Sequence record: DRR723986_6707
Strand: one strand, 5' to 3'
Length of the DNA: 61,214 bases
The position numbers and the translations under genes are program-made. Shown here one piece after another: positions 19,844 through 29,391 of this stretch. Each line of letters starts with the position of its first letter. Positions within the stretch are counted from its first letter, which is position 1. Under the pieces are notes generated by a model. The model saw only the letters and a list, made by a program, of their open reading frames with translations, did no database searches and was not told the DNA's origin.

Positions 19844-19854
19844 AGGCGTTTTCA

Positions 19855-20793
19855 GTGATTAAAACGGTCAACCTGACGAAGAAGTATGGCGACATGTTTG
19901 CCATCAAGGGCATCAACTTGGAGTTGGAGCAGGGGGATCTGTTCGGTTTCATTGGGCCAAACGGTGCCGGGAAGACAACGACCATGCGGATTATTGCAAC
20001 GTTGCTAACACCCACGTTTGGTGAAGCGTACGTTTGCGATAATTCAATCTATACCGATCCAAAGGAGATTCGCCGGCTTGTCGGTTACATGCCAGACTTC
20101 TTCGGTGTGTACGACGATATGACAGTGATCGAGTACCTCGAGTTCTTTGCCGCTGCGTACCGCATCAACGGTCCAGCGAGACGAAAACGTTGTGACGAAA
20201 TGCTGGACGTCGTCGACTTGGATTTCAAGCGAGACGCCTATGCAAACACGCTCTCTCGCGGGCAAACACAACGACTTGGTCTGGCGCGAGTGTTATTGCA
20301 CGACCCCCAGGTGCTTCTGCTTGACGAGCCATTGAGTGGACTTGATCCGCGTGCTCGGATTGAGATGCGGAATCTGCTCAGGAAGCTGGGGCAGATGGGC
20401 AAGACGATCATTGTCAGTAGCCACATTCTGCCGGAGTTGGCGGATATCTGTAACAAGGTCGGTATCATCAACCGTGGCGAAATGGGATTCAACGACACGA
20501 TTAGCGAATTGATCAAAGCGGTGCGTCCCCAGACCATCTTGGAAGTGTGCGTTGCTCCCGAAGAGCGTCAAGCCGATGCGGCAAAGTTTCTTGACGGGTG
20601 TGAAGCCGTAGAGTCGCTCGAGGAGAATGCCGCGAGTTTAGAGGTAACGCTGCGTCCCGGAATCGAGGATTACTCCCAGCTTTCCGCTGACCTGATCGGC
20701 GCTGGGTTTAAGCTCAAACGCTTCAATGAGAAAGAAACCAACCTCGAATCTGCCTTCATGGCGCTCACCAGAGGTTCGGGCTCGAAGATTTAA
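19855..20793 (+). CDS. ABC transporter ATP-binding protein (ABC-2/DrrA-like)
   Basis: GPNGAGKTT, LSRGQTQR, LLLDEP, SSH. GTG 19855 chosen so the gene does not overlap its upstream neighbour. Confidence 0.93.
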   Translation: MIKTVNLTKKYGDMFAIKGINLELEQGDLFGFIGPNGAGKTTTMRIIATLLTPTFGEAYVCDNSIYTDPKEIRRLVGYMPDFFGVYDDMTVIEYLEFFAAAYRINGPARRKRCDEMLDVVDLDFKRDAYANTLSRGQTQRLGLARVLLHDPQVLLLDEPLSGLDPRARIEMRNLLRKLGQMGKTIIVSSHILPELADICNKVGIINRGEMGFNDTISELIKAVRPQTILEVCVAPEERQADAAKFLDGCEAVESLEENAASLEVTLRPGIEDYSQLSADLIGAGFKLKRFNEKETNLESAFMALTRGSGSKI

Positions 20794-20836
20794 GTGGCTG
20801 TCGCTTAGTCCCGTATGCATTCACACTGTGTAGCAA

Positions 20837-20866
20837 GTGTTTGCAGGCTGGCAGCCTGCACTACGG
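20837..20866 (-). repeat. GTAG-type REP-like palindrome, copy 1
   Basis: Plus strand GTGTTTGCAGGCTGGCAGCCTGCACTACGG. On the minus strand GTAG precedes the hairpin TGCAGGCTG-C-CAGCCTGCA. 28/30 identical to copy 2. Confidence 0.7.
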
Positions 20867-20903
20867 TGTACGCTCAGATGGTTGAACCGGAAGAAGCCAG
20901 CTA

Positions 20904-21848
20904 TCAGTCAATGTCGCCAACAGTATCGCCCTGAGCGATTGATGCGAGCGATCTGTGGGTTTCTAAATCCAGTGAGTAGAACATTGGACGGACGCTGCCG
21001 TCGGCCATCGAAACGTTCCAGCTTACAGCGTGAGCGCTGCCGAAATCGTGGCACGCCAGACAGCTATCCGGCTGGTCCTGAATCGGGGAACGAGCTGCAT
21101 AACGAATCGATGAATTTGAGGCGGTGGGGTGGTCAATCCAACCACTGGCCGGTGCTCGATCGCCAAAATCTAGACCGTTGCTGTAGTTGTTGCTGCTCAT
21201 CGCTTTCTCGCCGATGAGATATGTGTTGCTTAGTCCATCGGTAATGCTCGCAGCACGCGTCCACTCGCCCAGTTTCCAAACACCATCGTGGGAGATGTGA
21301 ATAATGTTCTTATCCCCCTCCGGTTCTTCTTCGGGAATAGCAGGCCCGCCATTCATGGCATAGTCAGTTCTGCCTGCCTCGGTGCCAAAGCGTTCTTGGT
21401 AAGACTCGATGAGTGGATACGGTTGTGCGGCTCTACGGGTCGGGCAGTGCAGCCCGCCCATATTGAACTTCACCAAACGTTGATCCTCCTCAGTCAGCAC
21501 CAGGGGTTCGGCGGATCCGTAGACACCCCATCGTTCGGCAACAGTCTGTTGCTCCATGAACGAGAGCACTTTGGGTAGCCAATTCCAGCCTCGTTTTCGC
21601 GCGTCGCGTCGCCGGTGGTGATAGACAGTGAATGCGGGCTTGCGTTCTCCGGCGTATGCCGGAAGGTAGCGGAACGCCGATTCGTAGTTTAGGGCTGCCA
21701 GCGATAATTGTTTAATGTTGTTGCGGCATTGGACCTGCCTCGCTGCTTCACGAACGGCCTGAACTGCAGGCAGGAGTAGTCCGACCAGAATGGCAATGAT
21801 TGCGATCACCACCAATAGTTCGATCAGTGTCATGCCAGTTCGTCGCAT
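20904..21848 (-). CDS. DUF1559 prepilin-type N-terminal cleavage/methylation protein
   Basis: G|MTLIELLVVIAIIAILVGLLLPAVQAVREAARQVQCRNNIKQL, ITDGLSNTYLIGE and a C-terminal H-X9-DG (HAVSWNVSMADG). Confidence 0.95.
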   Translation of the reverse strand: MRRTGMTLIELLVVIAIIAILVGLLLPAVQAVREAARQVQCRNNIKQLSLAALNYESAFRYLPAYAGERKPAFTVYHHRRRDARKRGWNWLPKVLSFMEQQTVAERWGVYGSAEPLVLTEEDQRLVKFNMGGLHCPTRRAAQPYPLIESYQERFGTEAGRTDYAMNGGPAIPEEEPEGDKNIIHISHDGVWKLGEWTRAASITDGLSNTYLIGEKAMSSNNYSNGLDFGDRAPASGWIDHPTASNSSIRYAARSPIQDQPDSCLACHDFGSAHAVSWNVSMADGSVRPMFYSLDLETHRSLASIAQGDTVGDID

Positions 21849-22083
21849 AGTCCGCCCTCCTAAACTTTGCCGCCTGTCCCCCTGGATTCTAACAGTTTCA
21901 CGCGTCAGTTGGACTTAGGTTAGGGCATGGTGCAATCCGCTGGTTCTTTGAGCAGGTGAAACGCACTCAGAGACCCCTGCCCCAAAATTGCAGTGGGCGA
22001 ACCAGCTGGTTTCTGGTGGGTTAGCATCCAACCTACTAGGAGTTTGGCGACACCGCGAGAGCTGCTGGTGTTTTGGTTGGTAC

Positions 22084-22113
22084 GTGTTCGCAGGCTGGCA
22101 GCCTGCCCTACGG
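22084..22113 (-). repeat. GTAG-type REP-like palindrome, copy 2
   Basis: Plus strand GTGTTCGCAGGCTGGCAGCCTGCCCTACGG, same orientation as copy 1. Confidence 0.7.
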
Positions 22114-22129
22114 GGTGCGAGTCGGGGGC

Positions 22130-22924
22130 TTAGTAGCGGGCGAGGTCGGTCTTGCCGGGGCAACCAAGTTCGGCGGTTAGGCGTTCGGCTTGGGCGGTTA
22201 GCATGCCAAGGTCGCTGCCTATGGCGATAAACTGCATTCCGTCCGCCACGCGGGCCCGGGCCTGCTGGGGAGTAAGAACGTGCATTCCAGTCGGGCAGCC
22301 TACTTGCTTGCCAGTTGCGATTACTTCCTGAATCGATGCTTCCAGTTGTTCATCATTCGGGAACTGGCCATCTGGGGCGCGCATCTGGAATTTTAGGTCG
22401 TTCGGGCCAACAAAGATGGCATCACATCCAGGCAGGGAATAGATCTCGCGGGCGTTGCGGACTCCCTCTGGGCTCTCGGTCTGGAGGATGACGATGGTCT
22501 CGTCATTGGCGCGTTGGTAATACTCGCCAACTGGGCAGTCAAAATTGAGATTGTGCATGCCGCCGCCGCTGCTGCGTGTCCCTGTCGGTGGATACTTGGC
22601 TGCCGCAATGGCCTGTTTCGCTTGCTGAACGGTGTCGACCATTGGGACAACAATTCCGTAGGCTCCTGCGTCCATGGCTCGCTTGATCCAGTCGTGGGAG
22701 CCGATCGGAACTCGAATGAGTGGGACGCATCCGGCGTCTGCGATAGCCGCAACGACGGCAGCGGTTTCACGCCAGTCGTAGGGGGCGTGTTCCACATCCA
22801 GGCACAACCAGTCGAAGCCCACATTGGCGAGGACTCGGGTAGCATGCAGGTGACCAAGCGTTACCCAGGTGCCAAATGTTGTTTCGCCCGCGGCCAACTT
22901 CCGCTTTACTTTGTTTTCACGCAT
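22130..22924 (-). CDS. HpcH/HpaI family aldolase
   Basis: GFDWLCLDVEH, LIRVP, DAGAYGIVVPMV, KYPPTGTR, LQTES, DAIFVGPNDL. Confidence 0.9.
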   Translation of the reverse strand: MRENKVKRKLAAGETTFGTWVTLGHLHATRVLANVGFDWLCLDVEHAPYDWRETAAVVAAIADAGCVPLIRVPIGSHDWIKRAMDAGAYGIVVPMVDTVQQAKQAIAAAKYPPTGTRSSGGGMHNLNFDCPVGEYYQRANDETIVILQTESPEGVRNAREIYSLPGCDAIFVGPNDLKFQMRAPDGQFPNDEQLEASIQEVIATGKQVGCPTGMHVLTPQQARARVADGMQFIAIGSDLGMLTAQAERLTAELGCPGKTDLARY

Positions 22925-22958
22925 CGACGATTCCGCAGTAGTCTGTAAGAGTAAATTG

Positions 22959-24086
22959 CTAGGAGCCAGCCTCAGCCAAGCGGTTCAGGATTTCGATTCC
23001 TTTGTGAATCGTTTCATCGGGGGCCGCGTAGGATACTCGGAAGTGCGTGTCGTGCTGGCTGAATATCTTGCCGGGTATGATCAGCAGTTCATTTTCGATC
23101 GCCTTGAGGACAAAATCCGTGCCCGTTCCATAAGGAGCCTTCGGGTAGACGTAGAAGGCTCCGCCAGGTTGAGTGAACTCGAACCGATCCTTGAGTCCGT
23201 CAACAATCAGGTCGCGCTTGCGGCTGTAGTCCGCGCGGAATCCAGACATCTGGACATCCATCGCGGCCAGCCCTGCCCACTGTGCGGGCTGTGGAGCGCA
23301 GACGAACGAAAACTGCTGCAGTTTGGTCATGGTCTCGATTACAGCCGATGGGCCGTGAACCCAGCCGACTCGCCAGCCCGTCATCGCATGGCTCTTGGAG
23401 AATCCGTCGATGACGATTGTGTTCGGGTTGATTTCGGCCGCGGATGGGCCGCTGCTATCGTCGTAAATGAATTCACTGTAGATTTCGTCGGATAGCAACG
23501 CAATGTTATGCTTGGCAGCCAGTTCGGCGATTCCACGGACTTCTTCACTAGTGGGAGTAACACCAGTAGGATTCGAGGGTGAATTGAAGAGAATCAACTT
23601 TGTGCGCGGCGTTATCGCCTTGGCAACTTTGTCGAGGTCGATGCGGAAGTCTGGGTGCGTGTCAATGTATACCGGAACACCTCCAGCCAAGCTGACGAGG
23701 GGGGGATACATGACAAAGTACGGATCAAAGATAATCACTTCATCGCCGGGATTGACCAGGCTGAGCGTCGTCAGGACAAGGCCGCCGCTGGTTCCAGAGG
23801 AAACAAAGACATCGCGGTCTTCATGTTGGTAGATGCTGTCGATTCGTTCCTTAAGCCGTTCCCGAAGTGGCCCGATGCCTTGCGTTGGCGAGTAGGCGTT
23901 CTTGCCGCTTTGGATGGCATCGATGCAGGCATCTTTAACCGATTGCGGCACGTCAAAGTCGGGTTGCCCAATGCTGAGATTCACTGGGTTCTCGAGACTT
24001 GCGGCCAGGTCAAAGACCTTGCGAATACCGCTGCTGTCAAAAGTCTGCGTACGTTGAGCGATCCAGTCACTTGGATTTGACATCAT
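22959..24086 (-). CDS. PLP-dependent aminotransferase class I/II
   Basis: NLSIGQPDF, NSPSNPTG, SDEIY, GFSKSHAMTGWRVG (PLP lysine), GAFYVY. Confidence 0.93.
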   Translation of the reverse strand: MMSNPSDWIAQRTQTFDSSGIRKVFDLAASLENPVNLSIGQPDFDVPQSVKDACIDAIQSGKNAYSPTQGIGPLRERLKERIDSIYQHEDRDVFVSSGTSGGLVLTTLSLVNPGDEVIIFDPYFVMYPPLVSLAGGVPVYIDTHPDFRIDLDKVAKAITPRTKLILFNSPSNPTGVTPTSEEVRGIAELAAKHNIALLSDEIYSEFIYDDSSGPSAAEINPNTIVIDGFSKSHAMTGWRVGWVHGPSAVIETMTKLQQFSFVCAPQPAQWAGLAAMDVQMSGFRADYSRKRDLIVDGLKDRFEFTQPGGAFYVYPKAPYGTGTDFVLKAIENELLIIPGKIFSQHDTHFRVSYAAPDETIHKGIEILNRLAEAGS

Positions 24087-24390
24087 ATTTTGCCTGGCCG
24101 AAACTTGCTAACGGAAAGCGTCGATAGAGGAGGGCGGTTGCGATCCCCGCCGCAACCACCGCTTTATTTCTGGTGCCGCGGAGGTTGCCCACGGATGCTA
24201 AGAACTTATCACGAAACATCTATCGCTTGCAGACCAGGCAGGCATGAGCACCGCTGAGTTTTGAATGGCCAGCCGACGAGCGAAGTTGGAATTCCGGCCC
24301 GGAGCTTTGTGGCCGCGAGTCAGAAGACGATTTCTGAGTGTGATTTGTGAAGCAGGATTCGTGTCCCTCATCCATTACGGCTGGCGGACT

Positions 24391-25362
24391 TTATTGAGCT
24401 GATGAACGCGTGCCGCGCGGAGAGGCGGCAATGGGTTGTCCGTGGGGCAGGGGGCGAGCAGCCGAAAGGAAGCCCGCGTCAAACAGTTTCGCTTTGAGCT
24501 CGCGAAATGCATCGAAGGAATCGGGGTAAACCCAAACAGTAATAACCGTCTCTCGAGGATCTCGACTGGCGAGTTCCAGGGCAAGTCGACCGGTTGGTGC
24601 CATTGCTTGTGAGATGGATTCGGCGGCCGCCGACGGTAAGACTTCAAGCGTGAAGTGATCCAATTCAAAGCCGCCAGGTACGGGTGCGATCGCGTAGTGC
24701 ATGACAAAGCCTGAGACTGGACCAAGGGTGTCTTCGAGCTTCTGTCGTGAGGCTTGGCGACGTGCGGTGAGCGGTACTTGTCGCTTGAGCATTTCGACCA
24801 GTCGAAACCAGGGAATTGCGGTCACTTTGCCGTCCTTGAGTTGGACGTGCATCTCTTTGTTGTAAACCGTCTTGGCCATTGGTGTAGGAAGGTGTTCCAG
24901 GATCACCGTTGGTCGCGGTTGCTCTTCATCGCTCATGGCTTGATCAGCAAGGTCATCCAACTTCGTCTTCAGTCGTTCGATTTCCGTAGATCGCTCGACG
25001 GCTTGCCGTTTCTCTTCGTCCGCCTCGCGCAAGCGGTTGTCGACATCGTCTTTGGCAGCCGCCAGTTTTGCGAGCATGGCATCTCGTTCCATCTTGCGGT
25101 ACTGACTCTCCATTTCGTGTCTTTTGATCATCAAGTCTTGCTTGATCATCTCGTCTCGCATGGCCGCCACGCTTTGCTTGGAGGCTTCGATTTCCTCAGA
25201 CTCCTGTTCCTCAGTCAGTGTTCGTGTGTACTCTTCAGCCTCAAGACGCGTTTTGGTTCCGATGACGACGACCAGAATAATCAGGATCCCGACCAAGTTG
25301 GCGGTCGTATCCAGGAAGGAGTCTTCTCCTACAGAGTCTTGTGAGGTTGCTCGGCGACGCAT
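24391..25362 (-). CDS. Single-pass coiled-coil protein, ExbD/TolR/MotB-like partner that retains the TM Asp
   Basis: Short basic N-terminus, DSFLD plus TM (TTANLVGILIILVVVIG), long coiled coil, C-terminal domain (VITVWVYPDSFDAFRELKAKLFDAGF). Third gene of the MotA/TolQ operon. Confidence 0.6.
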   Translation of the reverse strand: MRRRATSQDSVGEDSFLDTTANLVGILIILVVVIGTKTRLEAEEYTRTLTEEQESEEIEASKQSVAAMRDEMIKQDLMIKRHEMESQYRKMERDAMLAKLAAAKDDVDNRLREADEEKRQAVERSTEIERLKTKLDDLADQAMSDEEQPRPTVILEHLPTPMAKTVYNKEMHVQLKDGKVTAIPWFRLVEMLKRQVPLTARRQASRQKLEDTLGPVSGFVMHYAIAPVPGGFELDHFTLEVLPSAAAESISQAMAPTGRLALELASRDPRETVITVWVYPDSFDAFRELKAKLFDAGFLSAARPLPHGQPIAASPRGTRSSAQ

Positions 25363-25449
25363 GGGATCGTTCTGTATGCTAGAGCGTGGTCGTTTGCAAA
25401 GTGGTTGCTCGGGTTCCGTAGTGGTTGGGCCCGAAAAGGTTGGAAGCCG

Positions 25450-27504
25450 CTAACGTCTATTCGTCGCGGCTGGTTGTTCAGCCGATTCGTCCGCTCGGAT
25501 ATCTATGCCGCTGGCGAGAAAAAGTCGTTCAAGTTGTTCATATCGCCACATCGCACCGGGGCGGACTTCGACAACAAGTTCTGGTCGCCAGTAGCCGCCT
25601 TGCAGGGCAAGTCCCCAGGACTTGATACGAGCGCGGATCACTTCGGCGAGTCTCTCGGCTCGTTGCTGAGGCGTTCCTTCCATCTTGATGACGACTTCCT
25701 TTTCGATCCGGCTGTAGGGCACGACGATCCAGGCGTCTTCTGTGCATATCAAACGAATCGTTCGGCGAACGGGCGTCTGCTGGCGTTGTCTGCCGCCCGT
25801 GACCCAGTTCTCGCCTTGGCTCCGTGCAACCGGTTGTGCTGCTGCGGAGGAGGATGCGGATTGTCGAGAGCTGGATCTGCTGGAGCCGCCGCCACTTGCA
25901 GAAGACCTTTGACCCGCGGAGCCACCAGCGCCTTGTTGCCCCGATTGTTGCCCGGCCTGTCCACCAGCCTGTTGTCCAGAAGAACCACCGCCGCTGGATG
26001 AAGCACTCATCCCAAAGTCAGGGATTGATATTTGGTTGCCGCCAGACATCTGCGGTGAGCCCATGGCGCTCTGCCCGGACGACCCGGCTGGAGCGTTACT
26101 GCCAGAGTTGGATCCACCAATGCTGCTATTGCCTGTTCCGCCGTCGAATTGTGACCCGGATTGATATTGGCCGGTCTGTTCAGCGCCGGCGGTCATCGAT
26201 CCGTCGTAGCCGAGTGCCTGATTGACGGGGTGCGAAGCGTCGCTTGGATCGAAGGCAAAGCCGTTGCTCGAGTTCGATGCAATGGATTGCTCAAGTGCGT
26301 CGAGTTGCGCGCCGGAAAGTCCGGAGCCGTATCCGTTGCCGCCTGATTGAGCGAATCCAGCTCGCCCGCTGCCCGGTCCAACTGCGCTTCCGGCAGGTTG
26401 ACCCATGGATTGTGTCGCCGAGTAGCCTCCTCTGGATGATTCGCCTGAGCCGCGGTTGCTACCGTCACTTCCTCCGGACATTCCACCGCCAAATTCAGAA
26501 CCAGAGTCTCTGCCACTGAAATTGCCACCGGCCAGGCTGCCGCGATCATACTGAGATGTGCTGCCGCCAGCTAAAGAGCCGCCACTTCCTCTCGGCATGC
26601 CGTATTTTCCTGGCATGGCTACCAGTAAGGCAGCTTGGCGATCTCGGGCTGAGGCGATTGTTCGGGCCAGTTTTTGGTCTAGGCCTGGCTTGGGTTCGGG
26701 GAATGCAAGTTCTAGGTCCGATCGAACCAGTTCATAACCGAATTGGTCGTCCCAGCCAGCCATCGCGGCACGTGCTCGAACGTAAGATTCGATCCCCTCT
26801 GGGCGTACGATCAATAGTGGGTAAGCCGTGCTGGTAACCGCGCCGTTGGCAGGTTTGTACTCGGAGCGAATCGTGCGAAGGGCCGCATCCAAAGGATTGC
26901 CAGGGCCGTAAGGAGGTCTTAGGTCGTCTGTCGAAAGGCGAACACCCTCGGGTTGAATCAAGACGCCATCCGCGTCGCATTCTAGGTAGATTGGTCGGCG
27001 GTGCGTGCCGTTGGGGCCGTCGTAGGGAATGATGGCAAAGATTGGCTTGTCGCCCTCGTCGGGCTTTTCTAGTTCTTTGTTCTTGAGTTCCTCTGCCGCT
27101 TCGGCAATCTGCTTTTCGAGTTCAGTGAGTTGTGCGAGCTGTTCTTGTTCCGTCTCTTCTTCGTCGGTTGAGTTCAAAGCTTGCAGCGTTTGGTTAACTT
27201 GTTCCAGTTCGTCTTCGATTTCAGCGATGTGCTCTTCGAAGTGTTGGAGGCGAAGACGTTCTTTCTCAAGCGCGATGCGGCCTTCGTAGAGTCGGTTTTG
27301 CGCGGAGCGATCGAGCACCTCTAATTGGCTCTCCATCAGCTCGCGCTTCTCGACGTGTTCTTGTTTAGCTTCCGAGGTAGCCGCTTGAGCGCCTGCGACG
27401 ATTAGCATCAAGATGAGTACGAGCGCACCCATGGTGCATAGGAGCACCGCCAAGAATGGGAACATGCTGGGGGCGAGTGATTCGCCTCGAGCTGACCGGC
27501 TCAT
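25450..27504 (-). CDS. Single-pass coiled-coil protein with two ExbD-like domains and a Gly/Ser/Gln-rich linker; no Asp in the TM
   Basis: FPFLAVLLCTMGALVLILMLIV TM, Glu-rich coiled coil, repeated RRxIxLxC and VRP motifs, about 260-aa low-complexity linker. 4-bp overlap with the upstream gene. Confidence 0.6.
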   Translation of the reverse strand: MSRSARGESLAPSMFPFLAVLLCTMGALVLILMLIVAGAQAATSEAKQEHVEKRELMESQLEVLDRSAQNRLYEGRIALEKERLRLQHFEEHIAEIEDELEQVNQTLQALNSTDEEETEQEQLAQLTELEKQIAEAAEELKNKELEKPDEGDKPIFAIIPYDGPNGTHRRPIYLECDADGVLIQPEGVRLSTDDLRPPYGPGNPLDAALRTIRSEYKPANGAVTSTAYPLLIVRPEGIESYVRARAAMAGWDDQFGYELVRSDLELAFPEPKPGLDQKLARTIASARDRQAALLVAMPGKYGMPRGSGGSLAGGSTSQYDRGSLAGGNFSGRDSGSEFGGGMSGGSDGSNRGSGESSRGGYSATQSMGQPAGSAVGPGSGRAGFAQSGGNGYGSGLSGAQLDALEQSIASNSSNGFAFDPSDASHPVNQALGYDGSMTAGAEQTGQYQSGSQFDGGTGNSSIGGSNSGSNAPAGSSGQSAMGSPQMSGGNQISIPDFGMSASSSGGGSSGQQAGGQAGQQSGQQGAGGSAGQRSSASGGGSSRSSSRQSASSSAAAQPVARSQGENWVTGGRQRQQTPVRRTIRLICTEDAWIVVPYSRIEKEVVIKMEGTPQQRAERLAEVIRARIKSWGLALQGGYWRPELVVEVRPGAMWRYEQLERLFLASGIDIRADESAEQPAATNRR

Positions 27505-28949
27505 GCCGCTTTCCTAGTCGAAAGTCCTTCGTCTAGATCATCATCCCGCGAGGCATCGTCGAGACCATTGTCCTGAGCCGACGGTGTCGAATCGTTTGCG
27601 GGACGGACTGAATTACGGCGGGGTTTGAGTGGGTGACGGATGATACCGCTGCGTTCTAAGCTGGTACCAAGCATTGCGACTGCTTCGCCGATGCACTGGG
27701 TTGCTTCGTGCAGGCGGTCGATGTCCCGAAGTTGCTCGAGTTTGTGGTTGCTTTCATCTTCAACGTTTCGCAGCTCAGCGGTTGCCTCAACCAGCTCCTT
27801 GAGCACCTCGCTCTGAGCGTGTATTTCTCGTTGTGATGACTGGAGTTGTCGTGCTTGGTCGCTAAGCGTTGTTTGCCACTGCTGCGCACGCAAGTCCGCT
27901 TGGCGATTGCTCTCGGTGTAGATCTGATCTAGGCGGTCGGTGTGTTCATTGAGCGCCCCGGAAAGCTGCTTACCAATGGCAGCCTCAGTCTGCTCGCAGA
28001 CTCCGTCCTGCCACTGTTTCCAGTGCTGGTATGTTTCGGCGATGGAACGCGACCAGATGGCGGCCTGTTGTTCCGTTAGGCTTTGTAGTCCGCCAATTAG
28101 CTCGCCAATTGACTCACGAACAGGAGCTAGCAGAGCGGCATGACCTTCGCTTGCATCGGAATCGAGAAACCCAAGCAGTGTCTCAGAGGCACGGTTGTCG
28201 ATTCGCGTCAGCAGTCGCATTTCGATCCGATTGACGGCGAACTGAATGAACATCGACGTCACTGTCAGAACGAGCGCGATGGCTGTTGTATCAAATGCTA
28301 CGTATAGGCCTGCGGTGAGCTGGTTCATTGCTTCCTGCTGTTGGGTAGCGAGCAGTTGCGTGTCCAGTTGACCGAGAGTCTTTGAAATCCCCAGAACAGT
28401 TCCCAGGAATCCAAGCATCGGCATTGCCCAGTGGATGATCCGCAGCAGGCTTTGGTTTTCGTGCTGTTGATCGGCATCGGCGTCGCCCAACGAACGAAGG
28501 TCCGCTTCAAGGTCATTCTTGCCCAGTCGCCGGTTTTGCATTTCCAGCGCACCGTAGACTCGTCCCACTAACCAGCTAGACTGCATCGCCGGCGGCAGTG
28601 ACTCAAGATTTGCAGTGAGCCAGCTTGCGCGTTGGGGCAGTTCGATTTCATCGCCGTCGGAAACCAAACGCGTTAGTATTGTGGAGCCCCGGTTTGTCAG
28701 GCTGTTCTGACGCGACATGTCCAGCCACTTCATGACCAAGGCCGTTAGACCCATTAAAAAGAGACTGACGCAAGCCACCGCAACTGGGTGGGACAGGCAG
28801 TACCGCCTGAAGAATTCAGTGTTCAGTGGTCCTAATAGGATCAGCGCGTAGAAGGTCCCTGCCAGGCCTCCGCCGATCAGGAGAACTGGCGGTAGCGGTA
28901 ACGAAAAACTTGTCGGTCGGTTGAATCGCTGTTGTTTCACTTGGTTCAC
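27501..28949 (-). CDS. MotA/TolQ/ExbB proton-channel family protein with long C-terminal helical tail
   Basis: AMPMLGFLGTVLGIS...AGLYVAFDTTAIALVL helical-hairpin signature, two N-terminal TM segments and a Gln/Glu-rich tail of about 240 aa. Confidence 0.85.
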   Translation of the reverse strand: MNQVKQQRFNRPTSFSLPLPPVLLIGGGLAGTFYALILLGPLNTEFFRRYCLSHPVAVACVSLFLMGLTALVMKWLDMSRQNSLTNRGSTILTRLVSDGDEIELPQRASWLTANLESLPPAMQSSWLVGRVYGALEMQNRRLGKNDLEADLRSLGDADADQQHENQSLLRIIHWAMPMLGFLGTVLGISKTLGQLDTQLLATQQQEAMNQLTAGLYVAFDTTAIALVLTVTSMFIQFAVNRIEMRLLTRIDNRASETLLGFLDSDASEGHAALLAPVRESIGELIGGLQSLTEQQAAIWSRSIAETYQHWKQWQDGVCEQTEAAIGKQLSGALNEHTDRLDQIYTESNRQADLRAQQWQTTLSDQARQLQSSQREIHAQSEVLKELVEATAELRNVEDESNHKLEQLRDIDRLHEATQCIGEAVAMLGTSLERSGIIRHPLKPRRNSVRPANDSTPSAQDNGLDDASRDDDLDEGLSTRKAA

Positions 28950-29391
28950 CGCTTGTGTATCGCGACCACGATGGCGTAACTGTTAGTTGAACCATCCGCT
29001 TGGGCGTTGCTTTTACAGCCTTGTAAAGCAACAATCCGCAGCCATGCCGATTCGTTGAAAGGGCATCGCTTGCATGTGCTACTGGCAAGGCATCGCTGGT
29101 GGATTGTGAAGATCGCGGCCCGCCGCGTCTAGGTAGATTTTTTCTATACAGACTGCTGCAAATGTTTAGCTAGCGTAGGAGCGCAATGGAAAGCTGCTGT
29201 TGCGGTGGGGCTGTGTTTTTGGCGATAAGCAATGAACAAAATTATGGTGCAACCCAGAGCGGCAAGCGTCCGGTGCGCGTGCTTCGTTTTGCGGGGCGAT
29301 GCGTCCGTGCCTGGTTCTGGATCAGAGATCCGGCTTTGACCCGCCGGTGTGTGCCAGCCGGGGATGGGCTTTGACCGACAGGAGAAGTGCG

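Noticed and set aside
24391-28949. Zorya defence system (ZorA-like MotA domain with a long tail)
   Set aside because: No ZorB with an OmpA-like peptidoglycan-binding domain and no ZorC, ZorD or ZorE gene is adjacent. The partners look ExbD-like.
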